Positions 38,671 through 48,082 of a stretch of DNA of 64,000 bases are shown here, piece after piece. A program made the translations under genes and the position numbers. Below the pieces are notes generated by a model that did no database searches, was not told the origin of the DNA, and saw only the letters and a list, made by a program, of their open reading frames with translations. Each line of letters starts with the position of its first letter. The stretch's first letter is position 1. Source of the stretch: a virus (lineage: Duplodnaviria > Caudoviricetes); the IMG/VR virus record IMGVR_UViG_3300024351_000013. One strand, 5' to 3'.

Positions 38671-40155
38671 TTAACAGTTCCAAGCTCTAAGAGACTTGTT
38701 AATTCTTGAATTAGGATCGTTTGCTGTTTTTGCTGATGTTAGTTTCTTTTTCATTCCGGACATCCGGGCACAGAATGACGCTCTGCGAGGATTTCCAACC
38801 TCTTTTGAAGGTGCCTTGAGGTCGCTTCCTGGATTTGCCTTTTCATAAGACCTTCTTCCCTTTTCGTTGAGACCACCCTTAGAGTTTTTACCTTCCTTAT
38901 TTTGCCATGCCTCACCTTCTTCCAATTCAACTCCTTCACCCATTGGTTTTACATAATTTTTGTTTGGTCCTGGTTTTGCAGAACTTCCTCCTTGTGGTCC
39001 AACCATTTGAATTAGTGGTTGACCTGGTTGAATTTCTGAGATAGAATGATATACAACTACTGAACCTGGATAAACTTTTTGAATCTCATCATTAATTTCT
39101 TTTCTTGATGGTGTCTTCACTTGCGGGAAAAACATCTTAAGTGAATAATATTTTCCTCTCCATGAAAGAGTTACAGCAATTACATTTCCAGTTTGTGCTT
39201 GAAGTCTTGTTGCTTCTTGAATCGGCTTTGATGCAGTTCCTTTAATTGGTTCTGGTTTGATAATGTCAATGACTTCGGCAAATGTATTTCCATCCAAATC
39301 TTCAATAGTTTGCTCTGGCATTACCATTTTTTTAGACTTTACTTTCTTTGGAGAATGTGAGCAACCACAGTCTTCTAAAATTTTATCAACTAATTTTTTC
39401 TCTTCTGACACACAATTTGGAACAGTCTTCTTTCCTTTCTTTTTCATTCCTACTTGTTTATAACCAGACCAACAAGCTTCGTCAAACTCATGCTCCCCAC
39501 TATCAAGGTAATCTGCTGCAGTATCAATATAATCCGCTGCCTTTGTAATTTTTGATTGGACCCATGCTTCCAAATCACCTTCTCCTTTAGAGAACTTAGT
39601 TTGCAATCTTTTTACTGCATTTGCAATTGTTTGGAGTTCTCCACGAGCCATTGAATATTCTTCATCCTTAACAGAAACTTTATCCCACGCTTTTCCGCCG
39701 TAGGAGCATTCTGATCTTGTTTCTCTCTTATCGCATAGAGGACAATATCTTTCTTCTTCGTGCATATGAGTTTCCTCTGTTTTATTACCCCAGTTTGCAG
39801 CACCGACTTTACGACACTTGACAAGTGCTCCGGATGCATATGCACTTGGCCAAACATCATATCTCGATTTTACTTTATTATAGCAAGCATCTTTTTTGCC
39901 ACTACCTTTTCCTTTCTTATCAGATTCTTCATTCATTTTTTTCTTCCTTCCTTGGCAATGAGCTCTCTGAGAAAATCCTTTGGGGTTGTCACAATCTATA
40001 GACTTTTTATATTTATCTGACCACTCCTCTTCTACAGACTTTTTAGGTTTATCTGTAGAAACATATGTTGGTTTAGACGCACCAGTTTTTTGTTGTTGTC
40101 CAGGATCTGCTGCTTTCTTTCTTCTTGCTGCCGAATGTCTTTCTGCTGGCGTCAT
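38671..40155 (-). CDS. Modular basic hypothetical protein, C-terminal part of a gene split by an in-frame TAA
   Basis: String of short K/R- and Cys-containing modules; in frame with 40168..40542 across one stop codon. Confidence 0.75.
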   Translation of the reverse strand: MTPAERHSAARRKKAADPGQQQKTGASKPTYVSTDKPKKSVEEEWSDKYKKSIDCDNPKGFSQRAHCQGRKKKMNEESDKKGKGSGKKDACYNKVKSRYDVWPSAYASGALVKCRKVGAANWGNKTEETHMHEEERYCPLCDKRETRSECSYGGKAWDKVSVKDEEYSMARGELQTIANAVKRLQTKFSKGEGDLEAWVQSKITKAADYIDTAADYLDSGEHEFDEACWSGYKQVGMKKKGKKTVPNCVSEEKKLVDKILEDCGCSHSPKKVKSKKMVMPEQTIEDLDGNTFAEVIDIIKPEPIKGTASKPIQEATRLQAQTGNVIAVTLSWRGKYYSLKMFFPQVKTPSRKEINDEIQKVYPGSVVVYHSISEIQPGQPLIQMVGPQGGSSAKPGPNKNYVKPMGEGVELEEGEAWQNKEGKNSKGGLNEKGRRSYEKANPGSDLKAPSKEVGNPRRASFCARMSGMKKKLTSAKTANDPNSRINKSLRAWNC

Positions 40156-40167
40156 ACTTGCTCTTTT

Positions 40168-40542
40168 TTATGAAGAGACGCACTTAGGTACTCCTTCACC
40201 TGGTTCATCACTTGCACATGTGCCACCAGTTACAACATTGACCCAACCAGGTTTTCCGTCTTTTGATTTACTTTTAAACCACTTATGGAGATTGCCTTCA
40301 GAAACATCTTTAAATTTTTTATGATGCTTCTTGGCATCTGCCTCCATCTTTTTAAGGCGAGTATAATAATCTGGAATTTCGTCAAGATGTTGAAGAGCAA
40401 TATTTCTTGCCAATTCGTGGTCTTGAGTATGCTCGTGCTCAATTGGTTCACCCATGTCAAGTTGCTTTTGTATGAAAGAAACATTAAGACGATGTTTCTT
40501 TGCAATTTGCTCAACTGTTTTATGTGACTTAATCTTGGGCAT
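40168..40542 (-). CDS. Hypothetical protein (DUF5661-like), N-terminal part of the split gene
   Basis: GEPIEHEHT..IALQHLDEIPDYYTRLKKME; CTAAATA upstream. Confidence 0.75.
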   Translation of the reverse strand: MPKIKSHKTVEQIAKKHRLNVSFIQKQLDMGEPIEHEHTQDHELARNIALQHLDEIPDYYTRLKKMEADAKKHHKKFKDVSEGNLHKWFKSKSKDGKPGWVNVVTGGTCASDEPGEGVPKCVSS

Positions 40543-40556
40543 CAGAAGTTTTATTT

Positions 40557-41906
40557 TTATTTAGGAATTTGGTCTGCTTTTAATTTAAATCCAGTTTTCT
40601 TCCACCATTCTGCAATTTGATGATAAGACCTAATATGAGCTGGACCTTGACCATCTACAATTACCCAATCATCCTTTAAACCATTAAATTCTTCACTATT
40701 GATTATACAAGTATCAAACTTTTTAATTTCTTCAACAAATAGTGGGAATGTATAAACTTTTCCCAATGAGAAAACAAGATTTTCTACAATTGGTTGCAGA
40801 TTAGATTCTGGAATATCAAAATGGAATTCGTCATCATAGTAATAAGTATCAATTATTTTTTGAGCACGCTCTCTTTTAAGGATATATGCAGTCGCAGACC
40901 AGTCATCAAATTGTCTTTCCCTAACTTTAATATCGGTCATTTGATCTCTGACCCACATAAGTTGAACGCATTCCCAATCTGAGGGTAAATTATCAACAAA
41001 CTCTCCCCAAGTAAAGTTCCAATTCTTAATAGTTTCTAATGAAAGATCATCCTCACAAAAAAATCCATAAGGTTCATCTGTTTCATTTAACCACCTCTTA
41101 ATACATCTCATATGAGAAGTGCAACATCCTTTACTTGCATTGGTCAAAGTGTGAACATATTGACCATGAAGAATATCATTACACTCTATAAATCTTTTGG
41201 ATACTACTGAGTTAATTTTTTCAATATCATATTCTTTAAATTGATTTTCTAAATGAGTTCTTCTATCAATGGATTCTTCTAAACTCAAATAATATATCGA
41301 AGGAAATCCTTTTAATTTTGTTTTATCTTCGTCAAGAAGATATGGGAAATCCATACCTAAAACATTAAAATTATTTTTAACTGATTTTTTATGAGAATCA
41401 TTCATTTGATCATAATAATCATCAACCAATATTTTAAACAATCTTCTACACTCTTCAGATTTTCCCCACCAATATGAACAAACTGCTTTTTCAAAAATTA
41501 ACCCATATTTTCCGGGATACTCAACATCGGTTCTTAGTGGTTCTTGATTAAAATCGCAAAAAGTTAAAGCTGTATTTGAAAGTGTATATGCTTCAGTATA
41601 ACTCTTATTCCACTCTTCATATCTTGAAAGAATATAATATGCTTCTGGTCTTCTTGGTAAAACAGTAATTGCATGGTTTAGGAGACCTTTGACAGTATAC
41701 CAACGGTTTCCTTGTTTGTTAAAACAATATGACATTCTAATCAAAGACTCATAAACTAAATTCAAATCATCCGCTCTATCTGCTGCCCTCAAATAATAAG
41801 AAATTGCGGATGCAGTTTGGCCCAATATTTCATATTGTACTGCAAGATTAAAATTGCTTTCAGCATTTTCTGTATCTTGAATGTAATTATAAAGTGTATC
41901 ATCCAT
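40557..41906 (-). CDS. TPR-domain protein fused to a GT25-like glycosyltransferase
   Basis: Helical repeats at the N-terminus; YYLSLEESIDRR, GCCTSH, FFCEDD. Confidence 0.7.
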   Translation of the reverse strand: MDDTLYNYIQDTENAESNFNLAVQYEILGQTASAISYYLRAADRADDLNLVYESLIRMSYCFNKQGNRWYTVKGLLNHAITVLPRRPEAYYILSRYEEWNKSYTEAYTLSNTALTFCDFNQEPLRTDVEYPGKYGLIFEKAVCSYWWGKSEECRRLFKILVDDYYDQMNDSHKKSVKNNFNVLGMDFPYLLDEDKTKLKGFPSIYYLSLEESIDRRTHLENQFKEYDIEKINSVVSKRFIECNDILHGQYVHTLTNASKGCCTSHMRCIKRWLNETDEPYGFFCEDDLSLETIKNWNFTWGEFVDNLPSDWECVQLMWVRDQMTDIKVRERQFDDWSATAYILKRERAQKIIDTYYYDDEFHFDIPESNLQPIVENLVFSLGKVYTFPLFVEEIKKFDTCIINSEEFNGLKDDWVIVDGQGPAHIRSYHQIAEWWKKTGFKLKADQIPK

Positions 41907-42876
41907 TAATAAAATCCTCCAGAAATTGTCCAGGTACTCTTAAAACATATGCGGCATTATCTTGAAAACCAAAAGTAATCAAGTAATCTTCTTTATACTT
42001 TGCCATACCACAAGCAAATTCAATTTTTGCATTAAGGAAAGAAAACTGCTGCGAAATTTTTTGTATATTCCAGTCCTTATCCCAAAAAGTGAAACGATGC
42101 CTGTATGTTGCATCTTTCCTTCCCGCTTCACTTCTATACAAATCGGTTTCGTGATTTAGGGTTAAGTATCCACCATTATATGACAGGACTTGAGAACCTC
42201 CTCTCAGATCTCTATTATGTTGAACCCAATTTTTAATGATTACACTTTCTGTACTGTTATTCTGGACATCAACTTTGACTATCTCTGTACCATTTGTCCA
42301 CTTGACAAAGTGATAGGGCATGTCTAAGATTGGCATCCAGTTTTTATTACAATACTCTTTGTCGGGTGGAGGACCTGGGATTCTAAATCTCGATACCTCG
42401 TTTACAGAATTTTCATTAATTTCAATTTCCGAAAGTTCCATTCTTCCGGTTCCGATAGTATCTAAATCTCTTCTAACACCACACAAAAATAATTTGCTGT
42501 CCCATTCTATCAATCTTGCATCTTCGAGACCAACAAATTCCCACAACGGTGGTTTATCAAAAGCAGATGTATCTACTTTTGAAAAGTATGAAATATTCAA
42601 ATCATCATCAAGTTCACAGATAAAATTAGTTGTTGTTAGTGTATTGTCGTTATCTGGATTTAGATACACTAAAGGACCATACGGATGTTCGTAATTTTTT
42701 AACTCCGAATGGTATAGAGTATATTGAATGTGCCTCACATTCGCTAAAATTTTATTGTCTTTAACAAGTATGGATGGGTTACATAACCCAGTACCATTTG
42801 TTTCATTTGATGGTATTATTAATGGTTTTATTTTTCCACCATTATCTAAAACCTGCTTCACAAAGCCTACAGACAT
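41899..42876 (-). CDS. Beta-propeller glycoside hydrolase/phosphorylase-like protein (GH130/GH43-like)
   Basis: CNPSI, GLEDARL, KNWMP, RGGS, EFACG, FGFQD blade motifs. Confidence 0.6.
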   Translation of the reverse strand: MSVGFVKQVLDNGGKIKPLIIPSNETNGTGLCNPSILVKDNKILANVRHIQYTLYHSELKNYEHPYGPLVYLNPDNDNTLTTTNFICELDDDLNISYFSKVDTSAFDKPPLWEFVGLEDARLIEWDSKLFLCGVRRDLDTIGTGRMELSEIEINENSVNEVSRFRIPGPPPDKEYCNKNWMPILDMPYHFVKWTNGTEIVKVDVQNNSTESVIIKNWVQHNRDLRGGSQVLSYNGGYLTLNHETDLYRSEAGRKDATYRHRFTFWDKDWNIQKISQQFSFLNAKIEFACGMAKYKEDYLITFGFQDNAAYVLRVPGQFLEDFING

Positions 42877-42914
42877 AAGATCACCAGAAAATCAATTGAG
42901 ATTTTAAAACTGTT

Positions 42915-43277
42915 CTATTTATTGTACATTTTTACCTCCCTATATTCGGAATTGAATTCCTCATCAATTCTTTTCTTTATGTCTGCTCTTTTATCATTAG
43001 TAATATAGACACTTCGGGCAAGTTCAATGAACTTTTTCCCAAAGTCTTTATTTTTTTCTAACTCTCTCAATTCATCTTCAATCTTCCAAAGTTTTTGATT
43101 AACTTCCCTCAGTTCATTCATGTACTCAAGAGTGAATTGGATAAGAGTATTTTTGATTTGATTTAAGTCCTCAAGTTCTTTGAGAACATATTCATTGTTA
43201 GTAAACATAGACTTAATTTCAAGAATCGAAATTTTATCTAATAGTTCACCTACTGATACTGGAATTGTAATCTTCAT
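42915..43277 (-). CDS. Hypothetical protein (DUF6165-like)
   Basis: IPVSVGELLDKISILEIK, LWKIED, ARSVYITND.R. Confidence 0.7.
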   Translation of the reverse strand: MKITIPVSVGELLDKISILEIKSMFTNNEYVLKELEDLNQIKNTLIQFTLEYMNELREVNQKLWKIEDELRELEKNKDFGKKFIELARSVYITNDKRADIKKRIDEEFNSEYREVKMYNK

Positions 43278-44569
43278 GCTATTTTCTTATAAGAATCAAC
43301 AGTCTCTTCTATAAATTCAATCATCTGGTCGTTTATAGTTGGGGAGCATCCAATAAAAAATACATTCTCAAGAACTTTCATTGCATTTGGATAATCAAAT
43401 CCAGAACCAAGATGTCGGTAAGCTGGATGAATCAAAAGATTGCCTGCAAAATAATTTCTTGTTTGTATCTTGTTATCTTCCAAGTGCTTAACAAGTTTCT
43501 CCTTGTTAGTATTGCATACAATCGGAACACCAAACCAACTTGTTTCAGACTGCGGTAACTCATCAATCACTCTTACTCCAGGAATAGATTCGAAGATTTG
43601 ATGAATTCGTGCCTTATTATATCTGCGAAGATAATGAATTTCATCAAACTTTTTAAGTTGCACTGAACCGATTGAACCAAGCATATCAATTGGTTTGAGA
43701 TTATAACCAATTTGTCCGAAGATGTACTTATGGTCTACAACCTTATCATATCCAACTAACCATTTATCAAATCTCTTACCACAAGTTCCACAAGAAAGAA
43801 GATTTTGTGAACCAACGCAATAGCAATCTCTTCCCCACCAAGCAAAACTACGAGCAATATCAATCACTTCTTTAATATTAGAAGACACCATACCACCTTC
43901 AATCGTTGTAATATGATGTGCTGGATAGAAAGAACAAGAAGATGCAACAGAGTAGTCTGTAAGATACTTACCTTTCCATTTACTTCCAAGGCTATCGCAG
44001 TTATCAGAAATTAACTCAAGTTTATAACGATCACAAATCTCAAGTAGATAATCAAAGTTATATGCATTTCCGAGAACAGGTGAAGAAAATACTGCTCTTG
44101 TTCTTGGGGTTATTTTGGATTTAAGTTCATCCAAATTCCAATTCAAATCAGTATAATCAATATCAACAAAGACTGGTTTTAGATTGTTTTGAAGGATGGG
44201 ATTAAGAGTAGTTGGAAATCCACAAACAGATACAATAATTTCATCACCATCTTGCCAATCAAAATATTTCTTGAGAGCAGCAATCATTACAAGATTTGCT
44301 GAGCTCCCAGAATTTACCATTACTGAATGTTGAAAGTTAAACTTCTGTGAGAATTCTTTCTCAAACTTATTCACTGCCTCACCGGAAGATAACCACTTTC
44401 CAGTCAGGAAGGTTTTCATTGCAACTTGAATTTCTTCGTGATTCCAGTAGGGACCAGAGTAAAAAATATTTGATTCTCCCTTCACATAATCATTATTATA
44501 GAGATACTTAAAGAAAGATTCATCACTTTCAAAAAGGTCATCAATAAATTGCTTTACTTGTTCTTTCAT
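43274..44569 (-). CDS. rfbH: RfbH/DdhC-type CDP-4-keto-6-deoxyglucose 3-dehydrase (DegT/DnrJ fold)
   Basis: VNSGSSANL, DNCDSLG; SFYPAHHIT with His at the usual Lys position; GRDCYC...C..C Fe-S-type motif. Confidence 0.85.
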   Translation of the reverse strand: MKEQVKQFIDDLFESDESFFKYLYNNDYVKGESNIFYSGPYWNHEEIQVAMKTFLTGKWLSSGEAVNKFEKEFSQKFNFQHSVMVNSGSSANLVMIAALKKYFDWQDGDEIIVSVCGFPTTLNPILQNNLKPVFVDIDYTDLNWNLDELKSKITPRTRAVFSSPVLGNAYNFDYLLEICDRYKLELISDNCDSLGSKWKGKYLTDYSVASSCSFYPAHHITTIEGGMVSSNIKEVIDIARSFAWWGRDCYCVGSQNLLSCGTCGKRFDKWLVGYDKVVDHKYIFGQIGYNLKPIDMLGSIGSVQLKKFDEIHYLRRYNKARIHQIFESIPGVRVIDELPQSETSWFGVPIVCNTNKEKLVKHLEDNKIQTRNYFAGNLLIHPAYRHLGSGFDYPNAMKVLENVFFIGCSPTINDQMIEFIEETVDSYKKIA

Positions 44570-44571
44570 TT

Positions 44572-45339
44572 TTAATTCACAATATAGGAGAAATTTTCTT
44601 CAAGACAACCTTGCCAAGCTAATTGTAAAATTCTTTCAAACCAATGTGCTTCTACGGGATTGTCATTATAATCAGTATAATACATCATTTTTTTATAAAA
44701 GTTTTTGCTGTACTTTAGGATGCAATTTTTTGGTACGGCATAATTTGCTGCGGGAGCAAAACTTATAAATTTGGGAATTTGGTAATCTTCTATAATAAAC
44801 AAGTCTTTCATGAATTCCAGAAAATTAGAGATTCTAGGATAAGTTTTTGCTTTTCTAAAATCTTCTTCCGAAAAAACACACCCCATTGTGTAGTTTTTTA
44901 ATTCCCACTCTATGGGTAGAGAAAACAAATTGTTATTTAAAATATAAGGAAAATTATTTTGAATATGATTTCCACCATCAATAGGAACAAACCAATTCGC
45001 TTTTAGAGCATATATAAATCTCTTCTCTGTTGTATATGAAGTTTTTCCATTTGGGGGTTCTTTTTTTAATAGATTTCCTTTGATGTGAATCATCATGTCC
45101 GGAAGATTGTCATAGTGGTCTACAATAAATCTACCGATATCATAAGGATTTGAACCAACATTAGGTGAAGGTATAACTTTTCCTAAGTGACATATCTTCG
45201 ATTTATTCGGAAAATCGTTAGGCGTTCGATCGTAAATAAGAGTATTTTCTGGAGAAAATCCATAGTCATAAGTCATTTTTAGCCACTCTAAGTCATGATT
45301 AGAATGATTACTGACTACAAGAATTTTTGATATTGACAT
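44572..45339 (-). CDS. DUF3431-like putative glycosyltransferase-associated protein
   Basis: NVG....IGRFIVDHYDNLPD, ANYAVPK..I, AHWFER. Confidence 0.6.
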   Translation of the reverse strand: MSISKILVVSNHSNHDLEWLKMTYDYGFSPENTLIYDRTPNDFPNKSKICHLGKVIPSPNVGSNPYDIGRFIVDHYDNLPDMMIHIKGNLLKKEPPNGKTSYTTEKRFIYALKANWFVPIDGGNHIQNNFPYILNNNLFSLPIEWELKNYTMGCVFSEEDFRKAKTYPRISNFLEFMKDLFIIEDYQIPKFISFAPAANYAVPKNCILKYSKNFYKKMMYYTDYNDNPVEAHWFERILQLAWQGCLEENFSYIVN

Positions 45340-45360
45340 AGTAAATGATTATATGGTTTA

Positions 45361-46185
45361 CTATAACATATTGCAAAGCATATGCAAACCGTATTTAAAA
45401 TTAATTTGTGGTTCGAATTTGAGAGACTTTAATTTGTCGATATTCAAAGTCATATTTTTAATTTGAATATATTGCTGATTAGTTGGTATTGGAACACTAA
45501 TTAATTTACTATGACTATTTGTAATACTTTTTGCTGTTTCTATAATATATTTAAAGTTATTTGATGTTCCCGAAGCAATATTATAAATTTCGTTGTGGTG
45601 TCCAAATTCCAAAATTATCTCAATTGCTTTACATACATCTTCAACAAACATATAGTCTTTTAAATAATCTCCGTTATCATAAAGATGAACATCTTCATTT
45701 TTCTTCAATTGTTTTATGATATGTGCCAGGACATTTTTCTTCAAAGAAATTGTTTTATCCAATCCATAAACATTTCCAATTCTTAAAATTCTATATTTAA
45801 TATTAAAGGTCTTGCAAAAGGAAATTAATAATTGCTCTGCACATCTTTTTGTTACAGAATAAAATCCAGTTGGATTGCAATTATCAGTTTCTTTTGCATC
45901 TATAATATCATTACCATAAACAAAACATGAACTAATAAAATTAAATGTGATGTCTTTATCTTTGCAATTGGATAAGACATCCATCAGAAAATTTAGATTA
46001 GTGTTTATATCTATATGAAGATCATTAAAAACATTTTGATTTGTGGTGGTGCTTATAAAATATAAAACTTCTTTGGTATCAAATTCTATACTTTGCTTTG
46101 GAATTATATTTACTTTTTGTGAGTATAATCTACAAAATGTTCCTCCAATAAATCCAGTCCCCCCAAAAACTGCTATTTTACTCAT
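45361..46185 (-). CDS. NAD-dependent epimerase/reductase (extended SDR)
   Basis: GGTGFIG, YSVTK, R.GNVYG. Confidence 0.9.
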   Translation of the reverse strand: MSKIAVFGGTGFIGGTFCRLYSQKVNIIPKQSIEFDTKEVLYFISTTTNQNVFNDLHIDINTNLNFLMDVLSNCKDKDITFNFISSCFVYGNDIIDAKETDNCNPTGFYSVTKRCAEQLLISFCKTFNIKYRILRIGNVYGLDKTISLKKNVLAHIIKQLKKNEDVHLYDNGDYLKDYMFVEDVCKAIEIILEFGHHNEIYNIASGTSNNFKYIIETAKSITNSHSKLISVPIPTNQQYIQIKNMTLNIDKLKSLKFEPQINFKYGLHMLCNML

Positions 46186-47165
46186 ACAAAATTCATGTGA
46201 TTACTATCATAAAGACTCTTTATCGCTTGAGTTCTTTCTGGATAAGTTAAAGTTTCTGGATTAAATCCTGTTGCAAAGATAATAATATTTGGATTTTGTG
46301 TGAGTTTTCCAATTTCTAACAAGTGATTAAATGCTTTTCCTAGAAGTCCTCCACCAAAATTCATTGCTTCACTGAGTGCATGGAAAGCATAGTTTGCAGA
46401 CTTTTCTACCTCTTTAAGATTAACTAAACAAATACTACACATGATGAACACATCAATCCTTTGTGGATCAAAATATGCTTTGGAGATATTGAGATATTGT
46501 TGACCTACCTCAAGTACTTTATTGAGATTTTTGACCTGATAGTAGTGCTTAAAAATAAACCAAAGATAATAATTATTTTCTGGATTATTTTGATATTCTC
46601 TCTCGCAGATTGAAAGATAGAAAAGTTCTTTATCAATACTTGGTTGAAGGTTTTTAGTAATCTTAATTGTAGTATCTACTGCAACCTCACCAAGATGTTC
46701 TTCAGTTGGAAGAAACATTGGAGTTTCGTGAACTGCATTTACCCAAGTATAGTTTTTAGTTCTATGAAAACGAACATGTGCAGTTTGACCTAGAGTTGGT
46801 TCTTCATCATCAATTTTATCATACCTTTCATGTTTAAATGTTGTAAACTCTTCAGAGATTACTGCAAGACCCTCTGGGAAAAAATCATCTATTTCTTCAT
46901 TAAAATCTATAGAAAAAGCCCAATCAGTTTCCACATAAGATAATGCCTGATTTCTTGCTACTGAAAAATCAAACTCTGCACGAGTCTGTGGATGCTCGTA
47001 GACTTTAATACCAGCATCTTTAAGTAGTTGAATTGTATTGTCTGTACTTCCAGTATCGACTACAACGACATCATCAAATTTCTCTGCATTCTTGAGAAAC
47101 TTTTCAATATTTTTTTCTTCGTTCTTTGCGATTGCGTATAGTGTAACTTTCATTTTAATCCTCAC
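46182..47165 (-). CDS. GT2 glycosyltransferase with C-terminal TPR-like helices
   Basis: IAKNEE, VVVDTGSTD.T, DFSVARN, SIDFNE, VHE. Confidence 0.85.
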   Translation of the reverse strand: MRIKMKVTLYAIAKNEEKNIEKFLKNAEKFDDVVVVDTGSTDNTIQLLKDAGIKVYEHPQTRAEFDFSVARNQALSYVETDWAFSIDFNEEIDDFFPEGLAVISEEFTTFKHERYDKIDDEEPTLGQTAHVRFHRTKNYTWVNAVHETPMFLPTEEHLGEVAVDTTIKITKNLQPSIDKELFYLSICEREYQNNPENNYYLWFIFKHYYQVKNLNKVLEVGQQYLNISKAYFDPQRIDVFIMCSICLVNLKEVEKSANYAFHALSEAMNFGGGLLGKAFNHLLEIGKLTQNPNIIIFATGFNPETLTYPERTQAIKSLYDSNHMNFV

Positions 47166-47207
47166 TTGTTGTTTTTAATAATTTCTGATTTATTAGGACC
47201 CCATCCA

Positions 47208-47528
47208 CTATGAGGATTGATGAAGGTTTGATAGAAGTCGTATGTACCGCGAATTATCAGCAGTGTAATTATTTTGATTGAATCCTGGATAACCCATTAA
47301 AAACAATCCAGGAGGATTTTTAAGTGTAACCATTAAGTTACACTCTACCAATCTTGCCTTAATTCCTTCTTTATGTAAAAGTTTAAGTACAATATCACTC
47401 ATACTCAAACAATATCCAGAACCTGCTTCGGTCATTCCAGATTTATGAAGACCATCTACAACTCCCTTAATAATGTTAAAATATTCAGTTTCAACTACAG
47501 GATGATTTTTCATAATTATTTTTCCCAA
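47208..47528 (-). CDS. Hypothetical protein, possibly truncated (transglutaminase-like Cys motif)
   Basis: GYCLSMS..VLKLL..EGI; abrupt end, with an open alternative frame continuing to about 47163. Confidence 0.5.
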   Translation of the reverse strand: MGKIIMKNHPVVETEYFNIIKGVVDGLHKSGMTEAGSGYCLSMSDIVLKLLHKEGIKARLVECNLMVTLKNPPGLFLMGYPGFNQNNYTADNSRYIRLLSNLHQSS

Positions 47529-48082
47529 GCATTATCGTAATGATGTAAAGCAGTTGTTTTTTTATAACCAAGAGTTTTGAAAATATTTTCTATTTCATGT
47601 TTTTTATCACCAAGATGTAATTCTTCATATTCAATTCTTTGAATATCATAATTATTCCAATCTGTTGTTAATAAAATTTCAGAGTCAATTCCTTCAATAT
47701 CCAATAGTAACCAATCCAATTCCTTGATATCATACTTTTCAAATAATTGATTTATAGTTATACAAGGAACTTCAAAATATCTAATTCCGTCACTTGGATA
47801 ATAAATTTCAATATGAGACTTCACACAAGAAGCGACATGGTACATTGGACCATCATTTTGATGATAATAAAGTTTTAATGTGTCTTCATTGTAAGAAGGA
47901 ACTTTAATTGCAACATTCTCAATAACAGAATTTTGATATTGAGAATAGCAATTTTTTAAATTTCCAATATGTAGTGGATTTGCTTCAACAAAAAGTCCAA
48001 ATTCTAATTCATTATAATTTTCTTTGAGATGTTTAGATAAATCATCATCACCTTTATTAGAACCAATTTGAACTACTTTCAT
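47516..48082 (-). CDS. FkbM family methyltransferase
   Basis: QIGSN.G, VEANP, ENVAI, LLDIEG. Confidence 0.85.
   Translation of the reverse strand: MKVVQIGSNKGDDDLSKHLKENYNELEFGLFVEANPLHIGNLKNCYSQYQNSVIENVAIKVPSYNEDTLKLYYHQNDGPMYHVASCVKSHIEIYYPSDGIRYFEVPCITINQLFEKYDIKELDWLLLDIEGIDSEILLTTDWNNYDIQRIEYEELHLGDKKHEIENIFKTLGYKKTTALHHYDNAWEK

Noticed and set aside
40168-40170. Genome-wide stop-codon reassignment
   Set aside because: Only one interrupting stop was seen; TAA, TAG and TGA all terminate core genes normally and no suppressor tRNA is present
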